From the NCBI RefSeq assembly GCF_009914755.1, contig NC_060938.1: a DNA stretch of 64,000 nt; one strand, 5' to 3'. The position numbers and the translations under genes are program-made. Under the pieces are notes generated by a model. It was given only the letters and a program-made list of their open reading frames with translations, was not told the origin of the DNA and ran no database searches. Below, one piece after another: positions 31,001 through 54,039 of this stretch (position 1 is its first letter; the number at the start of each line of letters is the position of its first letter). Origin of the DNA: the human T2T-CHM13v2.0 reference genome, Homo sapiens.

Positions 31001-32062
31001 TAGTAGAGACGGGGTTTCTCCATGTTGGTCAGGCTGGTCTCTAACCCCCAACCTCAGGTGATCTGCCTGCCTTGGCCTCCCAAAGTGCTGGGATTACAGG
31101 CATGAGTCACCGCACCTGGCCTCAAGCTTTATAATCTTAAAAATATTCTAATTAAATGAAAAATAAAATAAGAGCTTTTGTGGTATTTGCACTGCAAAGT
31201 GTTTTTCAAATTTTTTTTTTTTTTTAGCTTTTATATACAGTTTTGGCTTCTGGGAACTTTGGTTCTGTTTTTGCCAGGAATTTGGGGATAAGCTTACTTT
31301 ATTCTGGGTCAGTTACATTTTGAAAACTAGGGCAAGATAAATCCAGGGTCATTTAGAGTCTTGTTAAAGTGGGTTAACAAAGATCTCATTCATTCCTTAT
31401 AGAAATAAAAATCCTTTTTAATTAGCCCCATGAGATACAAGATTTTCTGAGCTTTTCTGTATCCATGTATGTCGGGTGGGGGTGTAATTATTCAGAGCTT
31501 GAAGTAGTACATTAGAAAAACAAAACTTAAAATAACATCACCTTTAAGATAGAAAAACTAAGAAGTTAATATAGTATGTTAAATTGTAACCATTTGCTGG
31601 ATTTAGTGTATGGTTTAACACTCTGAATTGGAGGTCATTCTAAATGTGCCTGTTCAAAACATTATTTCCCTTATCTAATTTCAACATTGGTGATTATAGT
31701 TTCCTGGAGTAACTCCCATTTTTCTAAATAATTCAGGGAATTTTGGTAAAAGGTAACTGCATTTCTGTTTCTCAATATGTATGAGAGCCACAGTTTACTA
31801 CCACCAGGTATTTTTATAATCATTTAAAAGTGGCGGATAAAAGGATATGAATGATTTATCAGAGATGGAATGTCTGAAGTTCTGAATATGTGTCTCTTTG
31901 GGAGAGAGACGTCAGATGCCGGATGAATAATTTACTGTCGTTGAAGGTCTGTGCGGTGATGCATGTTGGGCGAGCATGGGAGGGAAAAGGCAGAAAGAGT
32001 AGCCACGCGCTTTTGCTGCTGTCTTGTCGGGTGGAGCAGCATTCACTGGTCGGGCACTGGAT

Positions 32063-32146
32063 TTTTCCATCTTTACTGCACAGGGGATTTCATCAGTGGT
32101 GTTGTGTTTTCCATCTTTACTGCACAATTTCATCAGTGGTGTCGTG
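32063..32146. repeat. Imperfect tandem duplication (44 + 40 bp)
   Basis: ttttccatctttactgcaca[gggg]atttcatcagtggtgt(t/c)gtg twice. Confidence 0.95.
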
Positions 32147-32449
32147 TTATAAGGTAAAGGGCACCTGGCTCAAAGGTGGAGCACAAAGAGCCCTTCTCAA
32201 ATTTGAGAAACACTTAATATCTTTCCAAAACATTGGAATCGTTTGCCTTTTCTTCAGTTAAATAGGATTTTTTATAGTGGGAACTAGGTTTGCTGTATAT
32301 CTCCGTCTGCCTCCATCTGAATGCTTTGTCGGCAAACTTCCAGGGGGTTTTGATGTCTTCAAAATAGCATATTTCAAAAGTCCAGGTGAATTCACATTTC
32401 CCACTTCATCACATAATTATAATTTTTATGAGCACAGGTAAAACTGCTC

Positions 32450-35190
<2,741 letters not shown>

Positions 35191-36127
35191 GAGAGATAGG
35201 GTAGTAGCCATGGATTTGGCATTTCAGCTGATTTTGAACTATAATGAAAAGAACATGGATTTTGAATCAGACACATCTGGATTTGAATTTCTCCTCCACC
35301 AGATGTGAGATCCAGAGCATATTATCCAAGACATAGTAGGCTTTCAATAGATGTTTTGTTTTATTTTATTTTTTGAGACAGGGTCTCACTTTGTCTTCCA
35401 GGCTAGAGTACAGTGGCACGATCACGGCTCACTGTGGCCTTGACCTCCCAGGTTCAGGTGCTTCTCCTACCTCAGTCTCTTGAATAGTTGGGACTATAGC
35501 TGTGCGCCACCATGCCTGGCTAAATTTTTGTGCTCTTTTTAGAGACAGGGTCTCACCTGGTTGCCCAGGCTGGTATCGAACTCCTGGGCTCAAGTGAACC
35601 TCCCACCTCAGCCTCCCAAAGTGCTGAGATTACAGGCACAAGCCCCCAGACCCAGCTTAGATGTTTTATTGAATGAGCAAATAAAATATCCTCCATCTTC
35701 TGGGAGGAAGTTTTCTCGTTTATAAAATGCTTACCTGACTACTTTATTGGTAGCCCTTAATGAAATAGTGTCATAGTTCCTTACCTGTGACATTCCACTT
35801 ATTCCCGGGCCTGACTTGCTTCAGCAAGCCGTCTGAGCCCCTCCAAGTGTTTCTTAAGATAGCCATGTGTTAGGGCTAGGTGCAGTGGCTCACGTGTATA
35901 ATCCTAGCACTGTGGGAGGATAGCTTGAGCTCAGGAGTTTGAGACTAGCCTGGGCAACATGGCAAGACCCCATCTCTATAAAAAATACTCATGTGTTATA
36001 ATATTTATTTTGAGATATATTAATATCTCAGAGTTTATCATTTCATCGCTATTTTTTGCCAGGCCCTTCTTATTCCCTGTTGTTTCAAGAGTAAGTCATA
36101 CATGTAAATTGTCCGATCTATTTAGAC

Positions 36128-36253
36128 AAGTATTTCGCAAAGTGAGATATGTGAAGCCCTGAATCAGAATCTCTGGGAGTTGGGATCCAGAAACCTGCAC
36201 TTAAACAATAACCCTGAGTAATTTGCTGGCATTCCAAAATGTAAGAACCCTGG
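36128..36253. mobile_element. MER5-like hAT-Charlie MITE relic
   Basis: ctgaatcagaatctctgggagttggg...cagaaacctgcacttaaacaa...aagaaccctg core. Confidence 0.6.
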
Positions 36254-37029
36254 ATTTATAATCACAGCACAGCTCTGTTTAGTGCAGTCTGGTTCTTTTG
36301 CACTCAGAAGTCAGAGGTGCTTGGACTGCTGCCCCAGTAGAAAGTGTTCAGGCTCACATACCTTGATTTTTCAAAAGAAAAGTGTTCAGTTTTATGTGGT
36401 AGTTAAAAGGTAGCAAGGAGTAACAAATATGTGTTAAAATAAATGTAGTCATTTCTTTATTTCTTCATTCCGTAGATATTTATTGAGCAACTTAGATGAA
36501 TCAGAAGAGTGTGAGAAGGAGGAGAGACAAATAGCACCCAACTTCTAGACTTTTATCAGTATTGTGGGCTTATTTTCATGTGCTAAAAATACAAGACTTG
36601 CTTACGCAGAGAGCCGGGAGCTATGTTCCAGTGAGGGTGGAAACAAAAGCCTCAGTATAAGACTCTCAGGTGTTTACACAAGGGTGTGGTTTGCTCATGT
36701 GGCAACACGAGGTTGCTGGACTCCACATGCTGAGGCTCAAAGTAGAAATCACTGATCTTATGTCACATATTTTCCCAACAAACTAAGTACTTAAATCTGT
36801 ATGTTGATTGAGGAAAAATAACAAACTCCTGCTCCCTCCTTCCCTAGCCATTTAATCATTAATTCAATAAATGTTTTCTAAATTCCTATAGCATGAAAGC
36901 TCTGGGGTAGGTGCTGCAGGCAAAATGAGGAGCAAACTCAGACATGGGTCATGTACTGTTGGAGCCCATAAGCTAATGAGGAGGCAGAAGTTGATCAAAT
37001 AATCTTATAGATATTAGCTAATATTTTAT

Positions 37030-39750
<2,721 letters not shown>

Positions 39751-39782
39751 ATTTATTTGTGTAGACTAAACGTAGTCTATGC

Positions 39783-40001
39783 CAGGGATTGACAGACTTT
39801 TTCTGTAAAGGGCCAGGTAGTAAATATTTCAGTCTGTGAATGCCATGTGGTCTCTCTTACAACTACTAACTCTGCCATTGTAGCATGAAAGCACCCACAG
39901 GCAATGCACAATCAAGCATGTGGCTGTTCCAATAAAACTGTATTTACAAAAGCAAGCAGCAGGTCAAATTTGGCTTGTGGGCAATAGTTTGCTGACCTCT
40001 G
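39783..40001 (+). mobile_element. MER58A-like hAT-Charlie MITE
   Basis: cagggattgacagactttttctgtaaagggccagg ... gtttgctgacctctg; imperfect TIRs; 8-bp TSD gtctatgc / gtctaagt (6 of 8 match). Confidence 0.85.
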
Positions 40002-40742
40002 GTCTAAGTCAGTAGGGGTACTTAATCCTCCTAGTAACCCGATGAAGTAGATACTATTGTCCCCATTTTCAAATAAGACTGAGGCACACAGCTAGTAAGT
40101 GGGAGATAAGGGGGTCCCACACAAGTAGTCTGTCTCCACAGCCAGTGTTCTTAACCTTGTCATTGATTACAGATTGAGCTAAGTGCTAAATAGTGGGGAA
40201 ATCCCCCCATGACTCTATGAAAGCAAATGAAAGACTTAGATTGACTTAGGTTTTCTTCTGGATGCAACACTTGAGCTCAGACCTAAGCATGACTAGAAGT
40301 TAACTGGTGAAGTGAATAGGGGTGGGGTGCTACAAATGCCTGTGGCAGGTGGGAACATAGCTTGTAAAGGTCCTGAAAGAAGGCGGGAGTGGCTGGAGCC
40401 AGGGGTGTAGGAGAGAGTAAGATGCCTGAGGCTAGAGAGGTGCTCTGGGGCCCACACAGCGCCTCCTAGGCTCTGTTAAGGATTTTGCTCATGTTGCTAA
40501 GAGCAGAGAGAAACCATCTAACAATCGAGTAATTCGGGTAAGTTTGGGACAGATTGGAATGGCGCAGGCAGACTTGGTTGGCCATGGAAGCATTCCAGGG
40601 TAGAGTTGATGGTAGATTGAAGAGGAGAGGCCAGATGCAGTGGCTCATGCCTGTAATCCCAGCACCGTGGATGGCTGAGGCAGGAGGATAACTTGAACCC
40701 AGGAGTTCGAGACTAGCCTGGGCAACAAAGTGAGACCCCATC

Positions 40743-41402
<660 letters not shown>

Positions 41403-42277
41403 CCATCTCTATAAAAAGTAGGAAAAAAAAAAAGACTCAGCAGTAGGGCTGGGGGGCCAAGATGTATAGAGAAGGAAGTAGATACCAGAGCTATGAGGGG
41501 GCAAATTTGGCAGGATTTGGTGGTAGGTTATATTTGAGAATGATAAAGGTTGGGGGTGTCCAACCCATGTGATGGGAACATGGGCAAGGACTGGACTGGG
41601 GAGAGATAGGGCGGTAGAGTATGATTTTAGTCTTGGAATGCTGAAGTTGACAGGCACGTACTTTTTTCCCATAGTGATAACGTAAATTCTTCAGAGGGGG
41701 ACATGTGTGACATAAAGTAATTGTGAGGTTGAGAAATGGTTGCTCACTGTGTTTATCAGTTATGTTAGCCAGGAGTTACCTCCTAAACTCATTCTATTGA
41801 TTCAATAAGTGAGAGCTTAGTCTTGGTACTATTTGTTTTTGTTTCTTACTGTTTGTCTGTTTATGGTTGGTTGCAAGAAAATTGTGTTGTAAATTATCCC
41901 TTGCTTTCTCTATTAGTTAATAGCCTTCCCCTTCTGTAGTAAAGTAACAGGCTTTTTCCTGTTCAAATATTTTAGGCTTGTTTTTTGTTTTGATTGTACA
42001 TGCCTGTGTGTTTTTATTCCTTAATTTGTTTCTTTATTTATTTCTGTTTGTTATCTCCAAGAGAAACAATAGAAGAGGTGGCTTTATATTTTTAGTTCTC
42101 TTTCTGTCAGATGACAGCTTGATTAAGATTTTTTGGGTGGGCTGTTGGAACACATGGCTAAAATATGTTGCATTATTGTCTGAATTTAATTATCATCCTT
42201 ACCGTGTCCGTCCGAGCTAACAGTGAGTTGGCAGTATTGTTGTGGGGAATGGCAACAGGGTCTCATTAGCACATGCC

Positions 42278-44520
<2,243 letters not shown>

Positions 44521-45542
44521 TATTAAGAGTTGTAATACAGAAAAAGAGTGCTTTTCTTCCATAATGCCTTTTGTTCAAGACGTTTTATTAGTAGAAGAAA
44601 CAAATTGCCTAGGGGTTATTAAAATAAGGATTGGCCAGGCGCAGTGGCTCACGCCTGTAATCCCAGCACTTTGGGAGACCGAGGCAGGTGGATCATGAGG
44701 TCAGGAGTTTGAGACCAGCCTGGCCAACATGGTGAAACCCCGTCTGTACTAAAAATACAAAAATTAGCCGGGCGTGGTGGAGGGCACCTGTAATCCCAGC
44801 TACTCAGGAGGCTGCGGCAGGAGAATCACTTGAACCTGGGAGGCGGAGGTTGCAGTGAGCCGAAATCATACCATTACACTCCAGCCTGGGCTACAAAGCG
44901 AGACTCTGTCTCAAAAAAAAAAAAAAAGAAAGAAAGAAAGAAACAAAAAGAGAAGACATAGGCCTAGTATAACTGTTGCCAATAAATTCTTTTCCTCCAT
45001 CTAATAAGTAAGTTTTATCCTTAATACCTTTAGTATTTCGTAAGTCTTTCAATCAGCAAATATTTATTGAGGATGTTTTTTTCTACATTACACTGCTGAG
45101 GGGAAGCAAAAACACAAAAGCACAAAGGTTTAACTCCAAGTTCTCATGTTGAGTAGGAGGGAAACCTATAACTTATGTACCAGAAGTTCAAGTTATAGTC
45201 TTGAACTCCTCCTGGACTCCACTGATCCTCCCACTTCAGTTTCCAGAGTAGCTGGGTCTATAGGCATTTACCACCATGCCTGGCTCTAAGATTAGCTTTT
45301 AATTTCTATCTTATATCCCTTTTACTGTTTGAAAAATTTTTGTAAGCATTACAGATTACTTTGTAATAGTAATAAGCGGAAAAGATTCAACAAAGTATTG
45401 TCAGAGGCCAGAGCCAGAGTGGATTATTTCTATTAATTTTAAGAAAGGGGATTTTGGGGCCAGTTGCAGTGGCACACACCTGTAATCCCAGCACTTGGGA
45501 GGCCAAGGCAGGTGGAGCACCTCACCTGAGGTCAGGAGTTCA

Positions 45543-45743
<201 letters not shown>

Positions 45744-45924
45744 TCAAAGAAAAAAACAAAACAAAACAAAAAAGAAAGGGGACTTTTGGCTGTCTGCAGT
45801 GGCTCATGCCTGTAATCCCAACACTTTGGGAGCCTCAGGTGGGTGGATCGCCTGAGCCCAGGAGTTCAAGACCAGCCTGGGCAACATGGCAAAACCCCGC
45901 CTCCATAAAAAAATACGAAAATTA

Positions 45925-46062
<138 letters not shown>

Positions 46063-49000
46063 CTATCTCCAAAGCAAAAAAGGGGTGTGGAACTTTTAAA
46101 CTGGTTATGTCCAATTATAATAAATGATGATAGAATGCCCACATGTGCTGGGTGCCGGCGTTTCTATGAACGCAGAGAGATGGGGAAGAGTGGCCATTCC
46201 ATAGAGTATGTAGAGTGGTGATGCAGAAAAGGGTGAAACGTCGTTGGCGAATTGTAGCTATCCTAGTTTAGCCAGAGAAATAGGTTATGGGTAGAGAAGT
46301 CGTGGAGCCAAGTTACAAATGACCTGGAATGTTAGGCTAAGAATTGATCATTTTTTCAGTAAGGAATTAGGGAATGATCAAACAATTTTCATAAGGAGAG
46401 TGAAAGATCAAAGTAATGAATCTAGGGCCACATGCAGTAAACCTGTTATTAATAATCCAATCATAGGAGGAGAAGAAGAGAAATTCTTTGATGAGAAGAG
46501 GTCGCAAGGCTTCCTCATAGAGTAGAGAACACTCTTGGAGATGCCACATTTTAATCCTGCATCGCTCTGCATTTAAGTGAAACTGAAAGCTAGTGATTCT
46601 TAGCCTCAGGTAACTGCTTCTGAACTCTTACTACCAGGGAGGACTCCTGGAGTCAGCATTTTAAACCAACTTTTGGGAAATGACCTTGCTGAGACTTAGT
46701 AGCCATGGTAGTTTCATAATGAGCTTTAAAATGAAAATCCACACCCTTTAATTAGCTTAACTCAATTTGCTTTCAGTTTAGTTCCCTTCTGGCTAAGGAT
46801 ATGAGTTGCCCGCTCACAAAAGCAGACTGAATCAGAACAAACTCAGGGATTAAATGTATTTTTATGGTAATGACACCTAGAGAAAAATCTTTGCCTTCTG
46901 TGCCTCATTTCTCAAATTCAGGCAAATATTTTTCAAGGATGATAATTAAGGATACTCATATGGGCCTGAATAAAATTCACTGACCACATTTTCCTACATT
47001 ATGTATATATATTTGCCTGAAAAATCAAGATAGAGAATTTCTTATTCTCTATTCCCTTAGCTTTTTTACAGAATTCATCATTGTAGTAGATTGTATTATT
47101 CTCTTTATTTCTTTGCTTTTTCTATCCCTAACATCTGCTGATTAAAAGGTCCTATTCTCTACATGCCATTCTAAGAAGAGTTTTATTAAGTTGCTATAAG
47201 CACGTGGCTCTCAATTACTTTTTCCCCAATGGGTCAGCCTTTGAAAAGAACAAAAGGTTCCTTATCCTGCCATAGGGTGAGCTATTTGGCGCTGGTTCCC
47301 ATTGAATACTGCCATTCAGGGATAAAGCAGTATGAAAACGTGAGAAAAGTGTGTCAGGGGATAAATGGAATGGCACATATGAAACCATTTAATTGAGCTG
47401 CTATAAAGGTGTTTAATTGCACCTGGGATGTCTTTGTTTGCCATTAAGCAAAGGTTCTTTATTGCATTTAGAGGGTTCTGATTTCCAGGATGAAGAGGCA
47501 TTCTCTAAGTTCGGACAATGAGTTTAAAAGCCATGCAGATTTCTTTCCAAATCTTTTTTTCTGAAGATTTCATTTGTGCACTGTCTCCTTTGCTAACTGG
47601 AGAATACCTGTGGGGATTTGTTCTGGCTGCTCCTCTTAGTGTTTTTTCCCTTGTTTTATTAGAGTTTAATCAGATTAGGACAGAGGTAACTTCTACTTTT
47701 CCTTAGAAAAGTTTTGATTATTTTAAATTCAAGTTTATGTCTCTGTCAGGGGATGTTCCTCAGTTTACTCTCCGATTATGTGCTCCATTTGAACAATCCA
47801 GTTAGAGCCCTGATTTTGCTGCCACTTTTCTCAGCTAGGAAAGCTCATAGTCACAGGTTGCTTAGTATAAGACCCCTTTTATCTAGTATCATGTGCAAAA
47901 GAAATGACCCCTCATCTTATTTGGAAATAGCTCAAAATGGCCGAGGTTTCCAGGTGGGCATGGATTGGGAAGACTCCGTGGGCACACAGTGGTCTTATTC
48001 ACTCAGTTTCACGCTGCATTTCACCTCCTCTGAGGTTGTTGAGTTGTGCTCCTCCTTCCTGCCATAACTCCCCTCAAGTCAGTGCATACTCTGTCTCTTG
48101 GACCTGATACTATTGCTGATTAGTTTCTTTTTTACACCTTATCATCTAGATGGAAAAATCTCTCTTGGTCCCTTAAAAATAAGGAAGAGAGTAATCTTTG
48201 TTTTTGTTGTTGTTTGTTTTCATTTTGAATGTCTGCTCTATTGCTAGGAATGGATAGGGCCCTCTCTGCTTTTACATGTGACCCCGATTAGTGTACAGTG
48301 TGTGCATATAACTTGATCTTGGAATCACAAAAACTTGTTCTCTGGTTTTTTTCTATTAAGATATAAAATTAGCCTTTGATGCTTTTTTTTTTTGGGAAGT
48401 GGCAATACATGTTTAAAAGTTATTCTCTTCTCATGCTAGGGGACAAAACAATGAAAACATTGCTCAGAGATTCTAGGAGATTTAGTATAGTTTTGAATTA
48501 TAGGACAAAATTGTGGTGCTCTGGAATTACTTCGTTGAGAGAAATTTATATAAGACAGGAATAACTCTCAAAAGCCTGAATTATCCAGTTGGCTAATCAG
48601 AACTCAATTTAGTTCAGTTAGCAATTATTGAGCACCCTATAAAGTGTATATCAGTAGTCTATAACTAATTTAAACTGGTAATGCATAAAAAATGGAATGG
48701 ATTAAAAAGGAAAAAAATTCCAGTGAGGCTTGGTGCATCTTTAATCTCTAATCAGTTGCAATATTTACTAGGCAGTTGGAAACACCACAAAATTCCATTT
48801 ATGCTGCTAGGCCTTTTAATTCTTCAACCAGAGCTCTTGTCTACTTCAAAATTTTTCTAGAACTTAAATTAGATGTCATACTTTTGCACATATTGCAGGC
48901 CAAATACCAACAATTTCAATTCACTATGACTATTAGATAGAGATTAATAAGGTAGAGAAAAGTCCAAGGAAAACAATGTAGTAGAAGGTAGAACAGACAA

Positions 49001-49216
49001 CCTTAAGAGAAAGGACTGTGAACTCATAAAGGTAGATTTGCTTCAATATAGTAAAATATAACAACCACAGTGATAATTAAAAACATTATTATTAGGTTGA
49101 GTGTGGTGGCTCACACTTGTAATTCCAGCACTTCGGGAGGCCAACGTGGGAAGATCACTTCAGTCCAGGAGTTCAAGACCAGCCTGGGCAAGGTAGTCAG
49201 ACCTCATCTCTACTAA

Positions 49217-49516
<300 letters not shown>

Positions 49517-49559
49517 TGAGCCACCGTGCCCAGCCCAAAATATTCTTATTATTTCAGAA

Positions 49560-52200
49560 AATATTTATTTAGGGCCTACACTGGGCCAAGCTTTTCTAGG
49601 CACTTGGGACATAGCACAGACAAAGCATCTTTGCCTGTGTTGTGGTGCTTAAATTCTGTTGAGAGGAGAGTGAGACATTAACAATAAACTTACTGCATAA
49701 GTAATTTATCTGGAGTGTTAAAAGAGATAAGTACCCTAGGGAAAGAGAATAGAGCAGGACAAGAGGGATCGGGAGTTGGGGGTGTTACAATTTTAGATCG
49801 GACAGTCAGGGTAGACCTCTTAGATGAGGTGTTGTCTGAGCCAGGATTTGAAGGAGGTGAGGGAATTCACCTGTGGATAACAGTAGAAAGAACATTCCTA
49901 GAAGAAAGAACAGCTGGTGCCAAAGCCTAAGGTGGGAATGGGCCTGGGGAGTTTGAGGAATACAGGAGGCCAGAGTGGTTGGAGCAGAAGCAGCAGGTGG
50001 GAAGCAGGGAAGGGCAGATGGTGCTGGGGCTTGTAGCCATCATGAGGAGTGAAGGGAGGAGCCCTTGCAGGGTTTTGAGCAAAGGAGTTTCCTGATCTGA
50101 GTGAACATTTTAGCAACATCACTGCCTGCTGTGCTGAGCATAGTATTTTGGGGCAAAGCTGGAGGGAAGATCTGTTAGGAATCTGTCGCAGTAACCCAGG
50201 TGGAGGTGATGGTGACTTGGGCCAGGGTGGTGGTGATGGAGGTGGTGAGAAGTGGTCATATCCTGAATATATTGTGAGGGTGGACCTAACAGGATATCCG
50301 GAGGCATTAGATATGAAACGTGAGAGAAAGGGAGGAGGCAACCTTGATGAAGGAGGAAAATCAGGAGTCTGGTTCCTGGAAGCAGGAGAGGAGAATGATC
50401 ATCTATATCAGATGCTGCTGATGGGTCCAGCAGGATGAAGGTTGAGAATAGACCATTGGTTTTCATGAGAGTGTGTCATCGAGGACCTTGATTCAAGTGA
50501 CCATGATGAGAAGCTGTTTCAGTCGAATGGCAGGGACCTAATCGGTATGGGTTCAGTTAAGAGTGAGGGAGGAGAAGACCTGGAGACAGTAAACACAAAC
50601 TATTTGAGGCATTTTGCCGCAAAGGAGCAGACAAATGAAGCGATGGCTGGTTGGGAACTGGCGTCAAGAGGTTTGTTTTTGGATGGGAGAATTAACAGTA
50701 TGGCTGTATACTCATGGGAATTGTTTAAGAGAGTGGGGGAAGACGATGATACGGAAGAGGTAGGAACAGAATGTTCTTGCGTTGGAGCACAGGGATGGGA
50801 TATAGTGTACAAGTGAAAGGATTGGCTTTAGATCTGAGCAAGGCTAGTTCATCTGTGCTGATAGGTTGGAAGCAGAGCACTTTTGCAGGTTGTTAGATGA
50901 GTGGGTGGGAAGCAAGGTTTCAGCTGAGTTTAATGATGAGGGAGGAGGTATTGGATGTTTGTGGAAGAAGAAAAGGGGTTAAGTTGCCATCTGGGGACAG
51001 GGAGAGGGCCATATAGTGTGAGATTACTGGGCAGCTTTTAGGGCCCACTGGGGCTGCTGGTGAGACCAGTGAGCACTGTTCGGTGGGTTTCTCCAGCCAC
51101 ATTCAGCAACCTGTTTGTAGGATGAAGTGCACAGAGTAGTCATGAAGTGTCAAAGCAAATAGAACAAAATAGGTGAAATGCAAGGAGTGTTGGTAATAAT
51201 TGATCATGGAACTTAAAATGGATAAGAATGAAAGGTAGGATATCCTGGGGGTGAGGGACACTGAAAAACTGGCAGAGTCAATGGCTTGGAGTTGTTGATG
51301 AACTGAAATGATTGCTGGAGTTGGGGCACTAGAGTGAGTGAACTGAATGGAGATGCATGAACTTGAGATCATGGAGGAGTTGTTATTAGTAATGACAAAG
51401 TCTGGAGTATGACCACGACAGCAAGGTGATTGACGCAGGGCAGAAGACAAGTGTATTGGAGAGGAGGAATTCGAGAAACTGAGGGGCCAGGACATTGGAA
51501 AGTTCATTGCTGTGTATATTGAAATTGCCAAGAATAAGGCCAGGTGTGATGGCTCACGCCTGTAATCCCAGCACTTTGGGAGGTGAGTTGGGAGGATTGC
51601 TTGAGCCTAGGAGTTTGAGACCAGCCTGGGTAACATGGTGACACCCATCTCTACAAAAAATTTAAAAAATTAGCTGGACATGGCAGTACACGCCTGTAGT
51701 CCCAGCTACTTGGGAGCCTGGGAGGTCAAGGCTGCAGTGAGTCATGATCACACCCCTGCACTCCAGCTTGAGCAACAGAGTGAGACCTTGTCTATAAATA
51801 AGTAAATTAGAAAGTACTAAGAATTAGACTATTGGACAGAGTGACAGTGGAGAAGGAGCAGAAAGGGTGGGAAATGATAGAGGTAGGTAACAATTGTGAT
51901 AGCAAGGATAGTCTAATGACGTGAGATTCAAAGCTAGGGGATTTCAGGGACAAAGAGGGTAGAGGATGAACTGGAGGTGGCCATGAGGAGGGAGGAAATA
52001 GTGGTACGAGGGCTGCAAGAGAAAGCAAAGCCGCCACTTGAGAGGGCTGCAGGGGAAGTGGTATTCTCAGAGGAGAGCCAGGTTTCCATGAAAGCAGGAA
52101 GGGAAAGCCTCAACACCAGAGAGGGTATTGGGCATGGAGGGGATTTTGCTGATGGCACACCACGGGTTTCATCATCCGTGGAAGCACTTTAGGACTTAAG
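49560..52200 (-). mobile_element. Long L2 relic spanning ORF2 endonuclease to RT and the 3' end
   Basis: Minus-strand peptides ETWLSSENT (51934..52158), GHTPDFVITNN (51103..51531) and FILLDPSAASDIDDH (50119..50466) match the EN and RT motifs ETWL, GHTLDLVI and LLDLSAAFDTVDH in the right order. Confidence 0.8.
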
Positions 52201-52285
52201 GAGAGGTGGGAGATGAGAAAAGTTGGGGGGATATGCAGAGTCTTAACAGGAATTAGAAAGAAATGAGAGAGACCTGAGAGTCTAG

Positions 52286-52363
52286 AGTGCATGTGCGTGT
52301 GTGTGCGTGTGTGCATGTGTGCGCTTGCATGTGTGCATGTGAGTGTCTGCATGTGTGCATGCA
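52286..52363. repeat. Degenerate (TG/CA/CG) alternating purine-pyrimidine tract
   Basis: gtgcatgtgcgtgtgtgtgcgtgtgtgcatgtgtgcgc... Confidence 0.85.
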
Positions 52364-52602
52364 CTGGCTGATATAAGCAAGGATAAAGGGTATAGTGAGA
52401 TGAGGCCTGGTGAACTGGAGGTTGATGGTGGCAAGGCCGTAAGCATTGGGCACAGGGTGCCATGGGTGTCTGGGCCTGTGCTTATCTCTGCCCATCCAGG
52501 TGAGGAGATGTGGGGAGATGGAAGCTCAGTTGTTGAGTGCAGGGCTAACCCTTAACCCTGGTGTTGAGAATGTCTGCTGAAAATCAGGGGGTAGAGGGCT
52601 AA

Positions 52603-53019
<417 letters not shown>

Positions 53020-53977
53020 TAATAAGAGTAATAGCCAACACTTCTTATGTGCCAGAGTCTATGCTAATCACTTTAAGTGAATCATTAGATTCTTATAATA
53101 ATCTCTAGAGACAAATGCGTATTACTTTTTTATTAAACAAGGACACTGCTCAAGGTCACACAGCTACCCCATAACAGAAACAGGATTTGAACACAGTTCT
53201 CTCTGACTAATTACAGCCCATTTACAGTTAATTCAGTGGCGATATATTCTCCATGATAAATGTTAAGACTAAACCTTAATGATTTCATGTGCCATTTAAA
53301 ACATCTTCTTATGTTCTGGGGTCATCTTTACTGCACGGTTTTGGCTTAAACTTAAAGTCTAGGTTAGGAACTCCTGTTGCTGCTCACAGTTCTTTGTACA
53401 GTACTGTCAAGGTGGTATAGGGTCTCAGTTCATTTTTTTTTTTTTTTTTTTTCTTTCATGAAACAGAGTCTTGCCGTGTTGACCAGGCTGCAGTGCAGGG
53501 GCATGATCACGACTCACTGCAGCCTTGACTTCCTGGGCTCAAGCCATCTTCCCCCCTCACAGGTTCATGCCACCATGCCTAGCTAATTTTTGTATTTTTT
53601 GTAAAGATGGGATTTCTGTATGTTGTCCAGGCTGGTCTCAAACTCCTGAGCTCACACGATCTGCTTACCTCGGCCTCCCAAGTGCTGGGATTACAGGTGT
53701 GAACCACAGCACCGTGGTCCTAATTCTTTTATCAGTAAAAAATATTAAAAACCATTGTCTCGTCAACAAACCCATGGTTTTAAAAAAATATCGTATCAAC
53801 ATGGTTTTTCTAAAACACTACTTGGACAAACATCTACAGTTTAGACTAAATCCTGGAAAGTTTGTAAGCTTGTGAAACAGGCACACACCTAGCGTGACAG
53901 ACCTTTGAAGCTCTGATATGTGCAGGAGGTTTCTGAGGCTTCTGGTTTTATAACTGCTGTTGTTCTTTCTTTGATAG

Positions 53978-54039
53978 CTGAACAGGAAGACACCCAGAAG
54001 AAAGCCTTCACGTGCTGGATAAACTCACAGTTGGCCAGG
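53978..54039 (+). CDS. SYNE2: Nesprin-2 exon 3 (62 nt), (A)EQEDTQKKAFTCWINSQLAR, start of CH1
   Basis: Acceptor ttctttctttgatAG, donor AGG|GTAAGC. QKKxFTxWIN is the signature of spectrin/dystrophin/nesprin CH1 domains. Frame continues from exon 2. Confidence 0.97.

Noticed and set aside
52544-52559. ctaacccttaaccct, telomere-like
   Set aside because: Only two imperfect units.
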